From Patescibacteria group bacterium (GTDB taxonomy: Bacteria > Patescibacteriota > Patescibacteriia > JAXHNJ01): a stretch of 64,000 nucleotides of DNA. Location: assembly GCA_034520665.1 (NCBI GenBank), contig JAXHNJ010000002.1, positions 544,660 through 608,659 of the forward strand. The letters are read 5' to 3'. The notes beneath the pieces are model-generated. The model saw only the letters and a program-made list of their open reading frames with translations. It was not told where the DNA came from and searched no databases. Each line of letters begins with the position of its first letter. Positions within the stretch are counted from its first letter, which is position 1. Shown here one piece after another: positions 60,431 to 64,000 of the stretch. Both the position numbers and the translations under genes were made by a program.

Positions 60431-61153
60431 TTACCAGTTTTTACATTGTCTTTTTAACTCTTTTGTAGCATAAGAATCATCAGGGATTAAATCACATATA
60501 GAACGGTCATTATTGTAAATGGCAACTCTACTATAACATCTTAATACTTCAAAAGTTCTATCAATTTTGTCACAAACACTTATGTCATGTCTTTTCCCGG
60601 CTATACCTGTGTAGCATTCATTTTGAGATGTTTTATTACTTATTGATTGAGATTCTTTAGTTATAAGATTACAAATAGATAAGTCATCTTTTCTTATTGC
60701 AATTCTAATTAAACATTGATTTTTATCCCAATCTACCGTATACGTTGAACAGGAATCAACGTTTTCAGAAGATTCAATAAAAAAACTTCCTAATATAATT
60801 GCAGCGATTATTATTGTAAATGTCCCCACACTTATTTTTACTTTTCTTTTTTTCCCTTCATTATTTAATCTAGCAATGTATCCAATAAAAAAAACCAGCG
60901 CAATATTAATTAAATAGGGTATTATTACCAATAATAAATTTGATATGGGAGAATGTGTTGTGCCAGTAAAAAAAGGAAAAGCATTTGGAATTAAATAAAT
61001 AAATAAAATTCCAGGCATAAGTAATAATATGATGATGCCTGCAAAATAAAAAATTAACCAATTATTTGATATTTCTAATAAGACATATGATAATATGGCT
61101 AAAGCAGTGAAAATTGTTATAAAAATTAACTCAATTTTTCTACCTTTATTCAT
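60431..61153 (-). CDS. Membrane protein with Cys-rich extracellular repeats
   Basis: 4 TMs, then C...IA....D.S.C..I repeats. Confidence 0.8.
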   Translation of the reverse strand: MNKGRKIELIFITIFTALAILSYVLLEISNNWLIFYFAGIIILLLMPGILFIYLIPNAFPFFTGTTHSPISNLLLVIIPYLINIALVFFIGYIARLNNEGKKRKVKISVGTFTIIIAAIILGSFFIESSENVDSCSTYTVDWDKNQCLIRIAIRKDDLSICNLITKESQSISNKTSQNECYTGIAGKRHDISVCDKIDRTFEVLRCYSRVAIYNNDRSICDLIPDDSYATKELKRQCKNW

Positions 61154-61157
61154 ATTT

Positions 61158-61700
61158 CTATTTTATAATAAAATTACCCATTTTGTGAAGATGGTGTCTG
61201 CGAGTGACTAATGCATTCTGTTCTCGTACCGAGGCCTCTACTCCCGCCTGCCTTGCCGATTTGGCGGGCGGCACTTTCCAGATCGATGGCGTCTTAAAAG
61301 TATCCCAATCACTCATATCAGTATATACGCAGCTGTTTGTATTAATACTCAAATTACTGTTTATGTTTATATTTGAATTTACGTTTTTATTATTTAAAAT
61401 ATTAACGGTATTTTTATTATTACTTACATTTTTTACGCCCCATCGATTAAAATGCTAATAGTGTAGTAATAAAAATTATGATTGCAGATATAATTACAAT
61501 AGAAATAGATGCCACTATTTTTTTCTTGGTTTTAATAAAAGGGTTTATCTCAAAATCAGAAATTACTGGCTGGTGATAATAATTCTTAATTTTATAAAAA
61601 TAATAGGGAAAAACTTTGATTTTTTTAATTCAAAATATAAACCTGGTAAAAAAGGATGAGCAAATATTGGTTCCTTTTTAACTGTATTTTTTATACCAAA
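61158..61700 (-). pseudogene. Decayed membrane-anchored protein gene carrying a hairpin element
   Basis: TM IVASISIVIISAIIIFITTLLAF*, Asn-rich linker, SDWDTF; GC-rich CCGCCTGCC...GGCGGGCGG at about 61243-61272. Confidence 0.5.
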
Positions 61701-61715
61701 TATTTTCTGAAGATA

Positions 61716-61838
61716 TTATTTTTTTCTTTTTTTAGCCTTAGCCTCCAGCATCTTTCTTTTAATCTCCAGCCTTTTTTTTGTTTTGTGAGATTTAGATTTT
61801 TGGCGTCGGCCAACAGGGTGGGCTCTTTTTCCAGGCAT
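61716..61838 (-). CDS. 40-aa highly basic microprotein
   Basis: MPGKRAHPVGRRQKSKSHKTKKRLEIKRKMLEAKAKKRKK. Confidence 0.7.
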   Translation of the reverse strand: MPGKRAHPVGRRQKSKSHKTKKRLEIKRKMLEAKAKKRKK

Positions 61839-62300
61839 ATATTTTATTAATATTAATAGTAATTATAAGTTATTTTATCTGTTTTTCAGAATAAATTCAA
61901 GGGCTAAAAATAAAATAACAGCGGCTATTTATAATTGGTTGTCTGTCTTCTTTTTTTTATTGAATGTTTGAAATAAAGAAGCAAAATAGAATATATCAGG
62001 TGTTTTGATTGAATAAAGAAAATCTTCCAGAAAAATTTTAATATTTAATTTTTAATCTTTGGATTCTCAAATTTATATATGCCTAAAGTGAGTTTATCTC
62101 GGTAGCTGAAGATATTCAAAAAAAATATAATTTTACACTTGACATAAATAACAAATAATGATAGTATTCCTATCAAACAGAAGAGTAAATTTTTTTCAAA
62201 ATTATAAAACTCTTTTGTTTAAAAATATAGTAAGTATATAAATAAAGTCGAATTTTAAAGTTACTATATCAATCTAATTAACTCAACATTATTCTACACA

Positions 62301-62498
62301 ATGCAAGGTACTATCAAGAAATTAACAGATAAGAATTTTGGTTTTATTACCGCGGAAGATCAGGACAAAGATCTTTTCTTCCACGCTAACGAGCTTGAAG
62401 GAGTAGAATTTGATCAACTTCAAGAAGGTGACAATGTCACTTTTGAAGTATCAGATACTCCTAAAGGTCCGGCCGCTGTTAAGGTTAATAAAGCCTAA
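62301..62498 (+). CDS. cspA: Cold-shock domain protein
   Basis: FGFI, DLFFH, KGP.A; promoter TTGACA-17-TAGTAT, long 5' UTR, terminator. Confidence 0.93.
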   Translation: MQGTIKKLTDKNFGFITAEDQDKDLFFHANELEGVEFDQLQEGDNVTFEVSDTPKGPAAVKVNKA

Positions 62499-62610
62499 AT
62501 AATCCAAAATCTGTAAAAATTAAGTACCCGCCCAAACAGGCGGGTATTTATATTCAATAATTTTTAAATTAATATAAGTCTATTCTTCTTAAGTTTTGTC
62601 TAAAATTTAC

Positions 62611-63261
62611 TTAATTTTTAATATCCAGTTCTTTTATTTCCAAAATTTTCAAAGAATATCTAGCCATATCGCGTATGTCTTTTCCTCGGTCAATAATCAC
62701 TCCTTTAATAAACAAAGGACTAAGAGAGGAATCTCTTTTTATGTATTCTCTAGGGCGAGTTTCAGGACAATCATAAGAAACAATTTTTTCAATATCGCTA
62801 TTAGGATAATGAACATCTAAGCCTTGAGTGTAGGGATGGACATTTTCTTCTATCATTTTTTTATTTAATAATACATAATAAATTTTAAAACCAGGAGCTT
62901 CAACTATATTGCCGGTGGTTTGTATTTCTTTACCGACATAATTTTCTTCTTCTCCTATAATATCTTCTAAAGCCACATAATTAGAAGTTTTTTCTATACA
63001 CTGACCTTCAGCACAAATACAATTTCTTTTGGGTAAGAAAAAACATTTTACATCATCACATTCTTTTGAATCTTTATGTAAGCAACCGCAACAAGTATTA
63101 ATACAATCTGAATCATTAGAACATTTAAGATCTTGAAAATCTGCATTATTTAAAAAAACATATCCTAAAATAAAAATTACTAAAATAACGGAAATAACGA
63201 CTGCAATTGTTCTCTTTTTCATAAAAACAATAATAAAAAGAGATTTAAATAACTTTCCCAC
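62611..63261 (-). CDS. Membrane-anchored protein with a Cys-rich module and OB-like domain (true start probably MKKRT)
   Basis: TM, then CSNDSDCINTCCGC. Confidence 0.75.
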   Translation of the reverse strand: MGKLFKSLFIIVFMKKRTIAVVISVILVIFILGYVFLNNADFQDLKCSNDSDCINTCCGCLHKDSKECDDVKCFFLPKRNCICAEGQCIEKTSNYVALEDIIGEEENYVGKEIQTTGNIVEAPGFKIYYVLLNKKMIEENVHPYTQGLDVHYPNSDIEKIVSYDCPETRPREYIKRDSSLSPLFIKGVIIDRGKDIRDMARYSLKILEIKELDIKN

Positions 63262-63356
63262 ATAAATTTTTAAAAACTAAAATCTATTTCAATCAACATA
63301 AAAATAGAACAAACACAAAAGAGGATGTGTAGAAAAGGTTTGATGACTTTTTACTT

Positions 63357-64000
63357 TCAATAAACAGTATTCGGAATATACTGGCACTTATTATTTATAC
63401 ATTCTACATATTCAATACTAATTCCAACAAAACAATCAGGAGCACATATTGGACAAATTTCATGATATTCTTGTATTTTTTTCTCAATTTCTGTTGGCTC
63501 TAAATCATCTAAAAGAAGTTCAGAATTTTTATTAACAAGCCAATAACAACCAAAAGGACAATCAATTTTAGAAATTATTCTACAATCCTCTTTTACCTCA
63601 CAATAGTTTTCTTTATCTATTAAATCTAAAATTTCTTGTTCTTGTTCTTGACAATTATATTCTTTTTCTTTTATTTCTTCACAAGAACCATTAATACAAA
63701 TACAATTCCTAGTAACTAAAGCATCACATTCTTTATCACATTCTTTTGAATCTTTATGTAAGCAACCACAACAAGTATTAATACAATCTGAATCATTAGA
63801 ACATTTAAGCTCACTTTCTTGATTATAAAAAAACCACGTTTTCACTAGAGTGTTAAAATCTTGCTGATAATCATTAAATTTCTCTGGCCGGGCGTTTAAC
63901 CATAACCGGTATAATTTTTTATTATAAATGAAATGAATTAGAATATCATTATTATTACTGCTGTCTTTTATTATTTGTTTTAAGGCTCTTTGTCCGTCAA
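63357..64000 (-). CDS. Cys-rich surface protein, partial (frame open to the window edge; PsbP-like segment upstream)
   Basis: Reads DGQRALKQIIK...YQQDFNTLVKTWFF in frame into the ORF-track protein. Confidence 0.75.
   Translation of the reverse strand, partial: DGQRALKQIIKDSSNNNDILIHFIYNKKLYRLWLNARPEKFNDYQQDFNTLVKTWFFYNQESELKCSNDSDCINTCCGCLHKDSKECDKECDALVTRNCICINGSCEEIKEKEYNCQEQEQEILDLIDKENYCEVKEDCRIISKIDCPFGCYWLVNKNSELLLDDLEPTEIEKKIQEYHEICPICAPDCFVGISIEYVECINNKCQYIPNTVY

Noticed and set aside
1-64000. Alternative genetic code (TGA or TAG recoding)
   Set aside because: Conserved genes are full length under code 11 and end on TGA, TAG and TAA; in-frame stops occur only in regions that are also frameshifted

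Overview
AT-rich chromosomal segment using the standard genetic code. Gene content and style point to a Patescibacteria (CPR, Parcubacteria-like) genome; this is inferred, not database-confirmed. It carries core genes (infB-rbfA-nrnA, clpP, rny-ymdB-HU, pilT, lgt, DtxR-feoA-feoB, an ECF sigma operon, cspA), four tRNA genes, a parS site, an AbiE toxin-antitoxin pair and many stand-alone orphan genes. The strongest non-coding signal is that three tRNA loci are surrounded by extra tRNA fragments, with 5' pieces upstream and 3' pieces downstream. Most of these fragments are cleanly interrupted at conserved D-arm or T-loop positions by 19-30 bp hairpin elements. The elements nest inside each other up to three deep and also sit in frame inside a protein gene. 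Other highlights are a decayed RAYT-type transposase with internal REP-like hairpins, boxA-like leaders on about ten orphan genes, a terminator/antiterminator leader, a 36-aa polyacidic peptide with its own promoter and terminator, and a 40-aa basic microprotein whose duplicated 3' part brackets an accessory segment.
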